Shown piece by piece: positions 40,945-51,143 of a stretch of DNA of 64,000 bases. The notes under the pieces are model-generated. The model was not told the origin of the DNA. It made no database searches and saw nothing but the letters and a program-made list of their open reading frames with translations. Origin of the DNA: Rubripirellula sp. (GTDB lineage Bacteria; Planctomycetota; Planctomycetia; Pirellulales; Pirellulaceae); the NCBI GenBank assembly GCA_965216875.1, contig OZ244207.1, positions 800,001-864,000 of the forward strand. The letters are read 5' to 3'. The translations under genes were made by a program, and so were the position numbers. Every line of letters starts with the position of its first letter. Positions within the stretch are counted from its first letter, which is position 1.

Positions 40945-41323
40945 CAATAACACCGTACATATTGTCTTGCCGACCGTTCGTGAGACACCTTGGATGCCTC
41001 TGCAAATGAGAGAGAAGGCCGTCATTCTCGGAATTGGGCCTCATTGTAGCGCACTTCGTTCTGTGAGTTTGCTAGTCTAAGACCCTCAAGATTCGAATCC
41101 CTTGCGATCCCTAACACCCTCTATTGGTAGATTGGTTCGGCCATGATCAAGCTCGCCGCCCTCCTTCTCGCACCTGCACTACTTTGGTTCGTGAAGTGGT
41201 GCTTGTTTGACGACTAGCGGCCAGCGATTCGAAAAGTTCAGAATTCGCGTCCATGGGATGTGGATGATCTGCAGCCCTTTTCGTTTCAATAACGTGTTAC
41301 GCGTTGAAACTACGGAGATCGGT

Positions 41324-42043
41324 GTGCTCGTATCGTTCGCTTACCGTTGGCTATTTCCGCTCGGCTCGGTGGTGTTGCTTGCCGTGCTTTCTGGCTGTGG
41401 CGCGCAACCCGCGCCACCAAGGCAGTCGCTGCCGACAAGCGGCGAAGTCACGATTGAGGGCGACGTGTGGGCTGACAATTGGTTTTCGCTCTACTTGGGC
41501 GACCAGTTGTTGATTGAAGATTCGGTCAGCATCACGACCGAGCGTTCGTTCAATGCCGAATCGTTTTCGTTCCAGGCGGACTATCCCATCGTTTTGAACC
41601 TAATCGCCAAAGATTTCAAGCAAGACGATTCGGGACTCGAATACATCGGATCGAAAAAGCAGCAGTTGGGCGACGGAGGGCTGATCGCACAGTTCCGTGA
41701 TGCGAAAACGGGGAAGCCTGTGGCGTTGACCAATGCGAGTTGGCGCTGTCTTGTGCTTCACCATGGTCCGGTCGACGAAGCGTGTGCCGCCGAAACCAAT
41801 CCTCAAGCGGGTGTTGGCCCCTGTGAATTCATAGTCGCTGAAGCGCCGGAAGGGTGGATGGACGTCGCTTATGACGCCACCGCTTGGGAAGCAGCCACTG
41901 AGTTTTCGGAAAGGGAAGTGCGGCCCAAGGATGGCTATGACCGAATTCAGTGGCATGAAGACGCCGCGCTGATTTGGGCCGCGGATCTCAAGAAAGACAA
42001 TACCGTTCTATTCCGAATCGTGATTGACAAGCCCGTTGAATGA
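41324..42043 (+). CDS. Hypothetical lipoprotein (WADNWF family, usually found beside YHYH proteins)
   Basis: GTG start after GGAG; lipobox LSGC; VWADNWFSLY..EDSVSITTERSFNAE. Confidence 0.75.
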   Translation: MLVSFAYRWLFPLGSVVLLAVLSGCGAQPAPPRQSLPTSGEVTIEGDVWADNWFSLYLGDQLLIEDSVSITTERSFNAESFSFQADYPIVLNLIAKDFKQDDSGLEYIGSKKQQLGDGGLIAQFRDAKTGKPVALTNASWRCLVLHHGPVDEACAAETNPQAGVGPCEFIVAEAPEGWMDVAYDATAWEAATEFSEREVRPKDGYDRIQWHEDAALIWAADLKKDNTVLFRIVIDKPVE

Positions 42044-42065
42044 ACCAGCAGAGGATTCTTTTGAG

Positions 42066-43160
42066 ATGATGCGTACCCTCGTTTGCGTCGCGGTCGCTTT
42101 GTATTCGGCTTGCAGTTCGAGCCGGACATCAGCGCATGAATGGCACGATCATTCTCACGCTGGGCACGGACAGGTTAGCGACCATTCATCGGATCGTCCC
42201 GACCCAAATGCGAGTGCCTCAAATGCGGTGCGTTTGGTGACGACACCCGCAAAGTTGGCCAAGCCAGAAATTGCGGCACACTTCGAGCATTTCAAGAATG
42301 TGAAAGTGCGTTGGGACGAGGACACGCTTTATGTTGAATCCAATGGACTTCCAGATCATGGCATGATGGTTGGAATCAAGGCATGGCAACAGCAGGTTCC
42401 GCTGCCACAGCCGTTTACGGGGACGAACAGCTGGAAGATTCCGCTCGCTCCCCGATTGGCTCTCAACCCGATCAACGGAAAGGAGACTTCGTTCCGTGGT
42501 GCGATCGCGGTTGCCGTCAATGGTGTTCCCATCTTCAGCGCACTCAACAACCGCGGTGTCGACGCCTACCTTGCTGGCGAGCTCGACAAGTGGGGCGGCC
42601 ACTGCGGTCGGGGTGACGATTATCACTACCACATCGCCCCGACCCATTTGCAAGAGATCGTCGGAAAGGGCAACCCGATCGCATTCGCACTTGATGGTTT
42701 TCCGATCTATGGATTGACCGAAGCGGACGGAGCACCGGTCGGTAAACTTGATGCGCTCAACGGTCAATTCGATGCTGATGGGAACTACCACTACCACGCG
42801 ACGAAGACTTATCCCTACATCAATGGTGGCGTCCGCGGTGTTGTTGATTTTCGTAACGGCGAAATCGCTTCGCAACCGCGTGATTCACCTGTGCGACCAG
42901 GGCAACCGCCGCTTCGTGGGGCCACGATTACGGACTTTCGTACATCGGGTAAGCAATCGGTCCTCACGTACAAGATCGGTGGCCGCTCGGGTTCAATTAC
43001 CTATGCTCCCGCAGGCAGCAGCGCATATCGGTTTACGTACAAGGAACCAGGCGGACGCACTTGGAGCGAAACGTACCAGCGTCGTCAACGTCCCGATGAC
43101 AGGCGACCCGATAGCAATCGCAGAAACGATCGGCGGCCATCCCCGCCACCGCGGCGATAG
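42066..43160 (+). CDS. YHYH domain protein
   Basis: SNGLPDH; AVAVNGVPIF; GGHCGRGDDYHYH; ALDGFPIYG; NYHYHAT; His-rich N-terminus. Confidence 0.92.
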   Translation: MMRTLVCVAVALYSACSSSRTSAHEWHDHSHAGHGQVSDHSSDRPDPNASASNAVRLVTTPAKLAKPEIAAHFEHFKNVKVRWDEDTLYVESNGLPDHGMMVGIKAWQQQVPLPQPFTGTNSWKIPLAPRLALNPINGKETSFRGAIAVAVNGVPIFSALNNRGVDAYLAGELDKWGGHCGRGDDYHYHIAPTHLQEIVGKGNPIAFALDGFPIYGLTEADGAPVGKLDALNGQFDADGNYHYHATKTYPYINGGVRGVVDFRNGEIASQPRDSPVRPGQPPLRGATITDFRTSGKQSVLTYKIGGRSGSITYAPAGSSAYRFTYKEPGGRTWSETYQRRQRPDDRRPDSNRRNDRRPSPPPRR

Positions 43161-43204
43161 GCATTTTCGATTCGTTTTCTTCAGCCTGCAGTTCTGGCTG
43201 GCGT

Positions 43205-44278
43205 TCATTCCACCAACGCTACCGTACGATTCTCGTTCGCACTTTGAATCGCGGTTTCGATGATCTGTTGTCCGATTCTGGCAACGGCCGGATCAAGTGG
43301 TCCTTCGATGGCGAGTCCAGCGTCGAGTCGCGAAAGGGTGTACTCGATTCCGTTTCGTTGGCCGGCGGGAAGTTCATCCACATCGTGCAAGAATCCCTCT
43401 GGGCGATCTTTCGTTTGCACGCGGAGCGTCTTTTCGTAGTCATAGCTGGCGATCGTTCCGGCCGTTCCGCGGACAATGAAGCCGCATTTGGGTTGAGGCT
43501 GGTGAACCCAAGGGTCGGTGAACGTTCCCCAACGCGTTTCGAATTTTGACATTCCGTGCGCGTAGCGTGCGACGGTGATGCTGTGTTCGTCGACTTCGAG
43601 TCCTGGTGAACCAGCGGTGATCGCGGTCACATCGATCGGCTTTTGACCGCCATTGAACCACGTGCCGAGCGTCACTCCGTAACCGAGGTAGTCACGCATG
43701 GAACCTCCACCCGCTTCAAGGCTGTACCACCAACTTGCCTGTTTGTCTTTTTCGGTCGGTTCGAACTCGACCTTTCCGGCACCGTGGTAAAGCGGTCCGC
43801 GATTGCCACCGTGATAATGGACCTCGGTCACTTCACCGATAAGCCCGTCGCTGATCAAACGCCATGTGGTGTAGTAAACCGGGTCCCAACGGGCTGGCCA
43901 GTTGATGATCAGGCTCTTTCCCGTCTTGGCGGCTGCTTCGATCATTCGATCGGCATCGGCAAGTGAGGCTGCAAAGGGCTTTTCCACGAACAGATGGGCA
44001 TCATAGGGCGCGATCCGCTCGACCCATTCGGCATGTTCGCCGGTTGGCGGACAGAGGACGACTAAATCGGGCTGAGTGTTTTCCATACACTCGCGATAGT
44101 CAGTGAAGACGCGCGAGTCTTCGATGCCAAGGTCGTCGATCGCTGGTTGCATCTCCGCACGTTGCTCGTCACAAATGCCAACGATCTCGGCGTTTGGATG
44201 ATCGGCAACGTTGCGAAGCAGATCGCCCATGTGCATGTGCGAGAAATTGATTCCCGCGATTCGCCATCGTTTGCTCAT
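43205..44278 (-). CDS. Gfo/Idh/MocA family oxidoreductase
   Basis: FVEKPFA; INWP; GGGSMRDYLGYG. Confidence 0.9.
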   Translation of the reverse strand: MSKRWRIAGINFSHMHMGDLLRNVADHPNAEIVGICDEQRAEMQPAIDDLGIEDSRVFTDYRECMENTQPDLVVLCPPTGEHAEWVERIAPYDAHLFVEKPFAASLADADRMIEAAAKTGKSLIINWPARWDPVYYTTWRLISDGLIGEVTEVHYHGGNRGPLYHGAGKVEFEPTEKDKQASWWYSLEAGGGSMRDYLGYGVTLGTWFNGGQKPIDVTAITAGSPGLEVDEHSITVARYAHGMSKFETRWGTFTDPWVHQPQPKCGFIVRGTAGTIASYDYEKTLRVQTKDRPEGFLHDVDELPAGQRNGIEYTLSRLDAGLAIEGPLDPAVARIGQQIIETAIQSANENRTVALVE

Positions 44279-44331
44279 CGTATTTCCTGTGCTCCCTCAT
44301 GAACACGCAAGTGAGTACGCGGGATCGCACG

Positions 44332-45423
44332 CTACCTGATCACCATGTCGCGTACGCCAGCATTCCACTGGTGGCTGACTACGTTGTTCAATTTGCCGGT
44401 CGGCATGATTTGATAAACCGACAAACGTTCGTCACCCGACTCGCTTACCAACAGCAGAGATGCGGTCGGCGAGAGTGCAATCTTCCACGGGATATCACCC
44501 ACAGAAGTCCTCGCGATTTTGCTCAAGCGTCCGTCTGGTTCGATGCGGAAAGTGTAGACGGCGTCGCGATCGCCGACGAAATCTCGAACGGCAACGAACA
44601 GCAGTTTGCCGTCTGGTGTCACGGCAAGGTCCGACGCGTGCAGGTCCCTTTTGCCTGACTCGTACGGCGAGCGCCGCGTGGTGGTTGTTGCGTGTTGAAG
44701 GTCGGAAAGCTGGCCGTCATCGCTGATCGAATAGACCGAAACTCCAAGTTGTTGCTCGTTGCTGAAGTAGGCGATCGGTAAATTCGGGTGATAGGCGACA
44801 TGTCGAGGACCAAACATCGCGGGCGGCCGTGCATCGTGCGGGCGCAGCGGTTCGATCTTTCCCGAGGCGGCGTCAAAAGAATACTGATAAAGCGCGTTGT
44901 TGAGTTTGACGCAAGGGATATAGACGAAACGATTATCGCGCGTTGTCAAAATACAGTGCGCTTCCTTGTTTGGCGTTTTGACCAAGCAGGTCGCTTTGCC
45001 CGCGACAGTGGAACCGGTGATGCGGTAGGAGGCAATCAAGCCGCCGCCGTAGTTTGCCGTGAGAAGATACCTGCCGCTTCGATCGACCGAGGTGTATCCC
45101 GCCGGATGCTCAAGGTTGGAGGTGGACTTTTCTTGCAGCGTGCCGTCACTGCCGAAGCCGACGACGGCCACCGATGGTTTCTCCTTGCGTCCGCCCGTCA
45201 CGACAATGTCAGTCGACTTTGGACCTGCGGCGATGCCGCCGGGAGCAAACGAGAGTGGCAGCTCACTTTGCGTTTGAATCGAGACTCCGCCCTCGTTCTC
45301 GACGACCTCGAGTCGGACGAGTTTGCGTTGCTTTCCGATTGGGGCCACGACCGAAAATGCTTCTTCGGCAATGGTTGATGTGACCGCGGGTAAGGCAAGC
45401 AGCAGAGCGAGGACTAAACGCAT
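44332..45423 (-). CDS. Lactonase family (6-phosphogluconolactonase-like beta-propeller), secreted
   Basis: DRSGRYLLTANYGGG; AHCI; GPRHVAYHP; TPDGKLLFV; signal peptide. Confidence 0.9.
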   Translation of the reverse strand: MRLVLALLLALPAVTSTIAEEAFSVVAPIGKQRKLVRLEVVENEGGVSIQTQSELPLSFAPGGIAAGPKSTDIVVTGGRKEKPSVAVVGFGSDGTLQEKSTSNLEHPAGYTSVDRSGRYLLTANYGGGLIASYRITGSTVAGKATCLVKTPNKEAHCILTTRDNRFVYIPCVKLNNALYQYSFDAASGKIEPLRPHDARPPAMFGPRHVAYHPNLPIAYFSNEQQLGVSVYSISDDGQLSDLQHATTTTRRSPYESGKRDLHASDLAVTPDGKLLFVAVRDFVGDRDAVYTFRIEPDGRLSKIARTSVGDIPWKIALSPTASLLLVSESGDERLSVYQIMPTGKLNNVVSHQWNAGVRDMVIR

Positions 45424-45434
45424 GGCGGGGTGGC

Positions 45435-46931
45435 TTATGGGGTCAGTTTTGACAAAGGGAATGGATGTTCTTCGATCGTTTCACCCGTTTCGCGAATCAA
45501 TCGGAAGGTCGCTGTGGGGTCGGTGGCGCGCATGTCAAACGAAAACTCACCGAACGCAACAAAGTCCCCACCGTCATAGCCAAAGATCTGCTCGGGACAA
45601 TCTTTCACGATACCAGCGGGACCGGAAACACCGCCAAGTGTCGCCGGTTCGAACTCGTGGAATTCAAAGCCGGACGGACGCGGGATGCGAAACGACCTTG
45701 CACCGTGGCGATCGCCACTGACCAGCAACACGCCTCCGATCTTCTCTTGCTCGACGAAGGCAAAGATCTCTTCACGGGCTTGTTTGTCCCAGCTGCCCCA
45801 AGAATCTTTCGCGCGACTCACGTAGTCGCTCCACATCGTCCCGCTGCTGATGATTTTGAAGGGTGCCGTCGATTCTTTGAGAGTCGTCTTTAGCCATTCT
45901 TGTTGCGACTCGCCAAGATAGGACCCGTATTCATTACGTCGCTTCCCATCACGACACGAGCGAGTGTCGAGCATGATGATTTCAACCGGCCCGACACGCG
46001 AGCTGAAATAGATTCCTTCACGATTGTCATTCGCCTCGGGGTTGCTCCAGTTTTCGCGATAGACGTTTCGCACGCCTTCTCGGTCTTTTTTGGAATACCG
46101 GCGCGGGATGCCACTGAGGTCGTTGTCAAAATAGTCGTGGTCGTCCCAGGAAGCGTACAGCGGGACGTTGGACGCCAAATGTCGCCACGCATTGGAGACA
46201 TCACGTAGCTGGTAGTCCGCGCGGTGCATGTTGATTTCGTTGTTGCGATCATCAACGGCGATGTCGCCGAGCAACATCATCGCATGCGGCTGACGCTGCA
46301 CGACTTTCTGGAAAAGATTGGTGTTGTGGACGCCGATCTTGTGACAGCACGATCCAAACGCAATCCGGAAATCCGTTTTGGTATCGGCGGCGGGTGCCGT
46401 GGTGAATTGTCCGGCACTGACCTCGGTACCGGCAATCTTGACGGCGTAGCTGTGACGCGTCGCTGGTTTGAGGTTGGCAATCCGAACTCGTACGGCCTTG
46501 CCAGCGGAAGTTGGTTTGGCGCGGACGACCTGCTGAGAAACCGACACCTCGATCTCCTCGGTGGTTGCCGGCCGCATCCAGAGCGTCACGCCGTCGCTGG
46601 CCAAGTCGCCGAGCATCGGCCCGCTCATCAGCGGAACTTGGTGCTCGGCTGCTGCTTTCACCACTTCAGCATCGGAATAGTCGGCATCCTTGTTGGCGGC
46701 GAAGTGCGCTCGGGCATCAAGGTAGAATTGCCGAAGATTCGATGGTGGCGGACCGAAACTATCAAGCAATTGCGTATCGATCTCGAGCGTGCCTTTGTGA
46801 GCGTCGCGCAGTGAGACCTTGTGCGTCGGCTTCACGAGGTCGCCGAACAGTTGACGTCCGGCGCCGAACATTGCGGCAACGGAAACGATGAACTGTCGGC
46901 GTTTCCATCGCGTCAAAAAGGACTCTTTCAT
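45435..46931 (-). CDS. PhoD-family alkaline phosphatase/phosphodiesterase, Tat signal
   Basis: KRRQFI; FGSC; LGDIAVDD; WDDHDY; LDTRSCRD; SGDRH. Confidence 0.88.
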   Translation of the reverse strand: MKESFLTRWKRRQFIVSVAAMFGAGRQLFGDLVKPTHKVSLRDAHKGTLEIDTQLLDSFGPPPSNLRQFYLDARAHFAANKDADYSDAEVVKAAAEHQVPLMSGPMLGDLASDGVTLWMRPATTEEIEVSVSQQVVRAKPTSAGKAVRVRIANLKPATRHSYAVKIAGTEVSAGQFTTAPAADTKTDFRIAFGSCCHKIGVHNTNLFQKVVQRQPHAMMLLGDIAVDDRNNEINMHRADYQLRDVSNAWRHLASNVPLYASWDDHDYFDNDLSGIPRRYSKKDREGVRNVYRENWSNPEANDNREGIYFSSRVGPVEIIMLDTRSCRDGKRRNEYGSYLGESQQEWLKTTLKESTAPFKIISSGTMWSDYVSRAKDSWGSWDKQAREEIFAFVEQEKIGGVLLVSGDRHGARSFRIPRPSGFEFHEFEPATLGGVSGPAGIVKDCPEQIFGYDGGDFVAFGEFSFDMRATDPTATFRLIRETGETIEEHPFPLSKLTP

Positions 46932-46970
46932 ACGCTTATCCTCCCGTAGGGAAAATGACGCTGCGATGCA

Positions 46971-48788
46971 TCAGTCAAGGGTGATCGATTGCGGCTGGCT
47001 CCCGACGCTCGCCGACTTCGCAACGACGCTGGTCGGCGCGTCACGCCCCGCTTTGACGACGAATGACTTTCCTTTGGGGGCGCCAGGTGTGAAGCTATTG
47101 CCGCTGGCACGAACGGTGTAAAGAACGTCGCCGCTCTCGGAATCGACCAGTTGCACCACGGGGTTGTTGACGTTGAAGGTAAGAGTGCCCAGTTTGCCCC
47201 ACGACGGCGGGTTGTAGTTGTCAAACTGGGAAATTGTTCTTGGCCAACCCGGATACTGTTTGGCATCCTCGGCGGTGATGTCGACGTTTCGAGGCCAGCA
47301 CTCCATTGTGATTTCGCGCGTGTCGCGATTGAGACGAACGACACCGTAACCGGCTGCGCGCGTGTTGAGTAAGTTGCCAGCTGGCATCTTTTCGGGGTTG
47401 GCCGCAGCATAGTTGGTCACTTTGTTGGCGAACCCGTCAAGGTGGTCGCCCGTGTAGGCGGGGGAGCCTGGTTCGCGATTGGCGCCCGCTTCGAGTGGTT
47501 CCCACCATCGAAGGTAAAGGTTTGCGATCGACGGTACACAAAACGACCAGATCGCATCACGATGCTCGTCGATGCCATGATGGAAAATGGTTGCGAGGTG
47601 CTGATCACCCGCGTAGTGAAACGCAAAGCCTTTTCGCAGCGAACGTAGTGCTCGGTTGCGACCTGATTGCGGCCATCCGTTGGAATCCATGTCGGCGTGA
47701 AGTCGGCCGTTTGCCGAGCCGTGAATATGAGCACCGCCACAGAAGATCGTTGCTGAGAGGGCGACCTTCATTTCTGCGTTTTGCCAGTCTTGCGCCCAGC
47801 GATCGATGAACGCGAGTTGGCGTTTGCCAAGCAACACGGCGCCCTCTACATCCACACTGGCGGGATCGTATTCGGGATTGCGAATGTGATCGGGCCGAGG
47901 GCCTTGCTTTGGAACGCGGCCAGCGGGGCCCGTCTTGAATTTGCGGTCTTCAAGCACGGCAAAGTCGATGTTGCCCCAGTTCAAGTTCGTGAAATAGACG
48001 CCGATGTCTTGGCCGATCTTGTGTGGGTCGACCGGATCGGGAAGGTGACTGGTTTGGGCGCGTTCGACTTCTTTGACGTAGGCCCCGGGACGCGAATAGC
48101 CGCCGTCGGCCGCACCACTCAATGTTGAGATCTTGCCGCTTTCGCCCCACAGGTTCGGTTGCCCGGCATCGTGATCGTCGGGCAGACAGACGGTTGGCCG
48201 ATCCTTGATGATTTCGCCAAAGTCACGACCGAACTTCAGCCAGGCCGCGTAATGTTTGAAGTGGTCGTAGACTTGATCGCCGGAGAAGAACAGCACATCA
48301 GCGTCAATCCTTTTGACGTTCTCGATGATGTCTTGTCGTGAAATGTCGCCGCCATGTCGGGCGTTGATCGAGTTGCCCGTGAACCCGGCAACGACGATCT
48401 CGTTCTTGTCGACCGGGTTCTTGCGAACAAGACCTTCGTAGGTTGCTTGTTTTCCGTGTCGCACTCGATAGCGAACCGATTGCGTGTCGTCCCAGTTGTC
48501 CACTCGGAAGGGAGCGGTCCAGCCCGGTTCGATTGCGGTGGTCTCTGCGACTTGGACCCATTTGCCGTCACGTTCGACTTCGAGACGTACGGTTTTCGGA
48601 ACATCACCGGGAATCGGATACAGCTGTGCGGTCAACTTGAGCGTGTTGTCGTGAACCGTGTAAAGCGCAAAGCAGATAATGTCCTTCGCTTCGACTTTGG
48701 GAATGGCGAGGATGTTCCTACGCTGAGCCAAGGCTGGCGCTGCAGACGCGAGTACGAGGCAGACGGCGATGATTTTCGATAGCTTCAT
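46971..48788 (-). CDS. PhoD-like metallophosphoesterase, Sec signal
   Basis: SGDQVYD; PDDHDAG; LEDRKFK; DSNGWPQSGR; GDQH. Start placed at MKLSKII (48788), which avoids overlap with the next gene. Confidence 0.85.
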   Translation of the reverse strand: MKLSKIIAVCLVLASAAPALAQRRNILAIPKVEAKDIICFALYTVHDNTLKLTAQLYPIPGDVPKTVRLEVERDGKWVQVAETTAIEPGWTAPFRVDNWDDTQSVRYRVRHGKQATYEGLVRKNPVDKNEIVVAGFTGNSINARHGGDISRQDIIENVKRIDADVLFFSGDQVYDHFKHYAAWLKFGRDFGEIIKDRPTVCLPDDHDAGQPNLWGESGKISTLSGAADGGYSRPGAYVKEVERAQTSHLPDPVDPHKIGQDIGVYFTNLNWGNIDFAVLEDRKFKTGPAGRVPKQGPRPDHIRNPEYDPASVDVEGAVLLGKRQLAFIDRWAQDWQNAEMKVALSATIFCGGAHIHGSANGRLHADMDSNGWPQSGRNRALRSLRKGFAFHYAGDQHLATIFHHGIDEHRDAIWSFCVPSIANLYLRWWEPLEAGANREPGSPAYTGDHLDGFANKVTNYAAANPEKMPAGNLLNTRAAGYGVVRLNRDTREITMECWPRNVDITAEDAKQYPGWPRTISQFDNYNPPSWGKLGTLTFNVNNPVVQLVDSESGDVLYTVRASGNSFTPGAPKGKSFVVKAGRDAPTSVVAKSASVGSQPQSITLD

Positions 48789-48834
48789 CAGGTTTCCTGA
48801 CTGTCGATGTGATCTCATGAAGTGGATGATTGTT

Positions 48835-49749
48835 TTAAGCGGTGCTGGGCATTGCCGAGCCAGCTTCCGCTTCGACAAGATTGGTTTGTGGGAGCGTCTG
48901 GGATTGTTCCTTGGGCGTGCGCCAAAGGAAGAACAGGTAGAGCGGGATCAAGAGGTGTGGGGCGCGAAGCACCGCCTCGTGCAAGTATTGATCCGCGCCG
49001 TAGTAATTCAGCCCCAGCGACATGCCGGCGGCTGGGCGCGCGATTGCCGTCAGCAGTCCCCAACAGGCTGCGTAAATGGCACAGAGTCGGCGGATAATCG
49101 GTATCAGAATTCCTACGCAAACGACCAAGTCGAGCGTGCCCGCAATCCGCAGCAGCGTCACACCCGTTTCATATTCGACGCCCAGGATCACGGACGTCAT
49201 TGCGTAGAAAACCGAGGGGGTTGGCCAAAGGTCGAGCGCGTAGCATCCGTGTCCTGCAAAGGTGGTGATGAATGCGATCGCCGCGGTCACAATCGTCGCG
49301 CGATGCCGGACCCCAAATTGCACAGCAAGTACAAGGACAAGCGGCATGAGAACTTGCCCGCCATGTTCGACCAGCATCGGCAATTGATACTGTGAAGCGA
49401 CGTATTTGGCGTAGCTCAAGATGGCCAGCAGACCGCATCCGCCGACAAGCCCGACCGATTGCAGCCACGATCCTTTCCGGATCGTTAACGTCATGATCGT
49501 GCATGCCAGATAGAGCCACCCCACTCGTCCCAGCCAGCGTTGTACGAATCCGTCGTCGGCGCCCGTGCCAACAAACTCATCCCAGGTGATGCCCATCTGA
49601 GCAGCAAATTCGTAGGTGGCGTCGTGCCAAATCAGGATGCCATAGGGTCCTTCCCAGTACAGATGCACCCACGTCCAGCCGGCGAAGCACAGAAAGGCTC
49701 CGAGCCGGACGAGTAGCAGCAAAAAGCGATCGGAGGGCGACTGATTCAC
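48835..49749 (-). CDS. Multi-pass membrane protein of unknown function
   Basis: About 8 hydrophobic segments; TFAGHGCYA and R.PH..IPL motifs. Confidence 0.75.
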   Translation of the reverse strand: MNQSPSDRFLLLLVRLGAFLCFAGWTWVHLYWEGPYGILIWHDATYEFAAQMGITWDEFVGTGADDGFVQRWLGRVGWLYLACTIMTLTIRKGSWLQSVGLVGGCGLLAILSYAKYVASQYQLPMLVEHGGQVLMPLVLVLAVQFGVRHRATIVTAAIAFITTFAGHGCYALDLWPTPSVFYAMTSVILGVEYETGVTLLRIAGTLDLVVCVGILIPIIRRLCAIYAACWGLLTAIARPAAGMSLGLNYYGADQYLHEAVLRAPHLLIPLYLFFLWRTPKEQSQTLPQTNLVEAEAGSAMPSTA

Positions 49750-49986
49750 GACGAAGCGGGGCGACAGATGGGTGTCGCGGCGGGAAGTTGGCGACGCAAT
49801 TGCATCGACCGTAGTGTGGTGGCAGGTGTCTGCGGACGATTATATTCGATCAACCACGTTCCTGCTGAGGAGGACTTGCTTTTGTCCACTCGCGATTGCC
49901 GCCCGGCCCCGCGATTGCCAGTGAGCCTTGAACCTGGTTGCGCATTGGCAAGGGCCCAAGGCCATTCGGCCAGCGGCTTAGGGGGA

Positions 49987-51069
49987 CTAGACCCTGGTTA
50001 GCTTCGTGACTCGGCCTGTGGCAACCCATTCGGCGACAATGATGTCTCCGTTGTTGTCAAAGCAGGCATCGTGAGGATGGATGAACTTTCCATCGAGCCA
50101 GCGTGATTCGTCGGCTCGGATCGCAAAGGACTTGGATTCTTTGCGGTCGGCTTGAACACGCTGGCGGTCGTCGCCGATTGTCGCAACGGTTTTGTAATCG
50201 GGGCCAAGCAGTGAGACCCGTGCGACCAACTCCGGTACCAGCATCAGCTCGCCATGCGTGTCGATGTTTGCTGGAAGACCAAACCCGTCGATCGTCTTGA
50301 CGTAGTTTTGATCCATGTCAAACAGCTGAAGGGTGTTGTTCGCGCGGTCGGCGACCACAATTGATGGATCGACGCCGTCACGATCATCGACCCAAATGCC
50401 ATGCGGCAGATTGAACTTGCCGTCTCCTTTGCCAACGCCGCCGAAGTGACCAAGCCAGTTGCCGTCGGCGTCGTATTGATGAATGACATAGGCGCCATAA
50501 CCATCGGCAAGCAGAAAATCGCCGTTGGGCAAGAAGGCAAAGTTGGTTGGCATGAATCGGTCACGCCCCCAAACTTTCTTGGGGTTGGTTGCTTCGCCAT
50601 CGGCATAACGCTCGGACTTCATCGGCGCAAACTTTTGCCAGACGACTTCGCCCTCCAATGTCAGCTTGGCGATCGTCTTCAAGTGTTGATAACCGCTGAC
50701 ATAAAGATAAGGTGTCCCGTCTTCGACGCGAATGTCTAAGCCGTGTCCACCACCTTGGAACTGTTGACCGAACGCACGCACGAATCGTCCGTCTGCGTCA
50801 AACACGAAGATCGCAGGATGATCGGCTTTCTTGGCATTGCCCTCGTGGATCACATACAGATTGTTGTCCGGATCAACCGTGACATTGTGAGTGATCTGCC
50901 AATGGTATTTGTCGGGCAATTGGGGCCAGTGGTGCTGGCAACGGAATTGGTACTCACCCGCGTCAATCACATCCTGAGCTGCCGATCGCTTTCCAGTGAT
51001 GATGGCGGGTGCGGCCACCGCGGCGGCTCCAGCGAGAAGGACTTTTCGGCGATTCAGGGAATTGGTCAT
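49987..51069 (-). CDS. Tat-exported NHL-repeat protein (peptidylglycine amidating lyase-like beta-propeller)
   Basis: NRRKVL; GGGHGL; ADGYG; FNLPHGI; VADRAN; FIHPHDACFD. Confidence 0.85.
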   Translation of the reverse strand: MTNSLNRRKVLLAGAAAVAAPAIITGKRSAAQDVIDAGEYQFRCQHHWPQLPDKYHWQITHNVTVDPDNNLYVIHEGNAKKADHPAIFVFDADGRFVRAFGQQFQGGGHGLDIRVEDGTPYLYVSGYQHLKTIAKLTLEGEVVWQKFAPMKSERYADGEATNPKKVWGRDRFMPTNFAFLPNGDFLLADGYGAYVIHQYDADGNWLGHFGGVGKGDGKFNLPHGIWVDDRDGVDPSIVVADRANNTLQLFDMDQNYVKTIDGFGLPANIDTHGELMLVPELVARVSLLGPDYKTVATIGDDRQRVQADRKESKSFAIRADESRWLDGKFIHPHDACFDNNGDIIVAEWVATGRVTKLTRV

Positions 51070-51143
51070 GATGATTCACAATTGGAGGTGCTTGATGAGA
51101 GCCAGTAGGGCCACAGTCTAGCAGCAATTGGACATGATGATGA

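Noticed and set aside
41085..41104. GATTCGAATCCC as a tRNA T-arm or att site
   Set aside because: No cloverleaf, acceptor stem or integrase nearby.
48789..48878. Apparent overlap between the PhoD-like ORF and the membrane protein gene
   Set aside because: Disappears when the signal-peptide start at 48788 is used.
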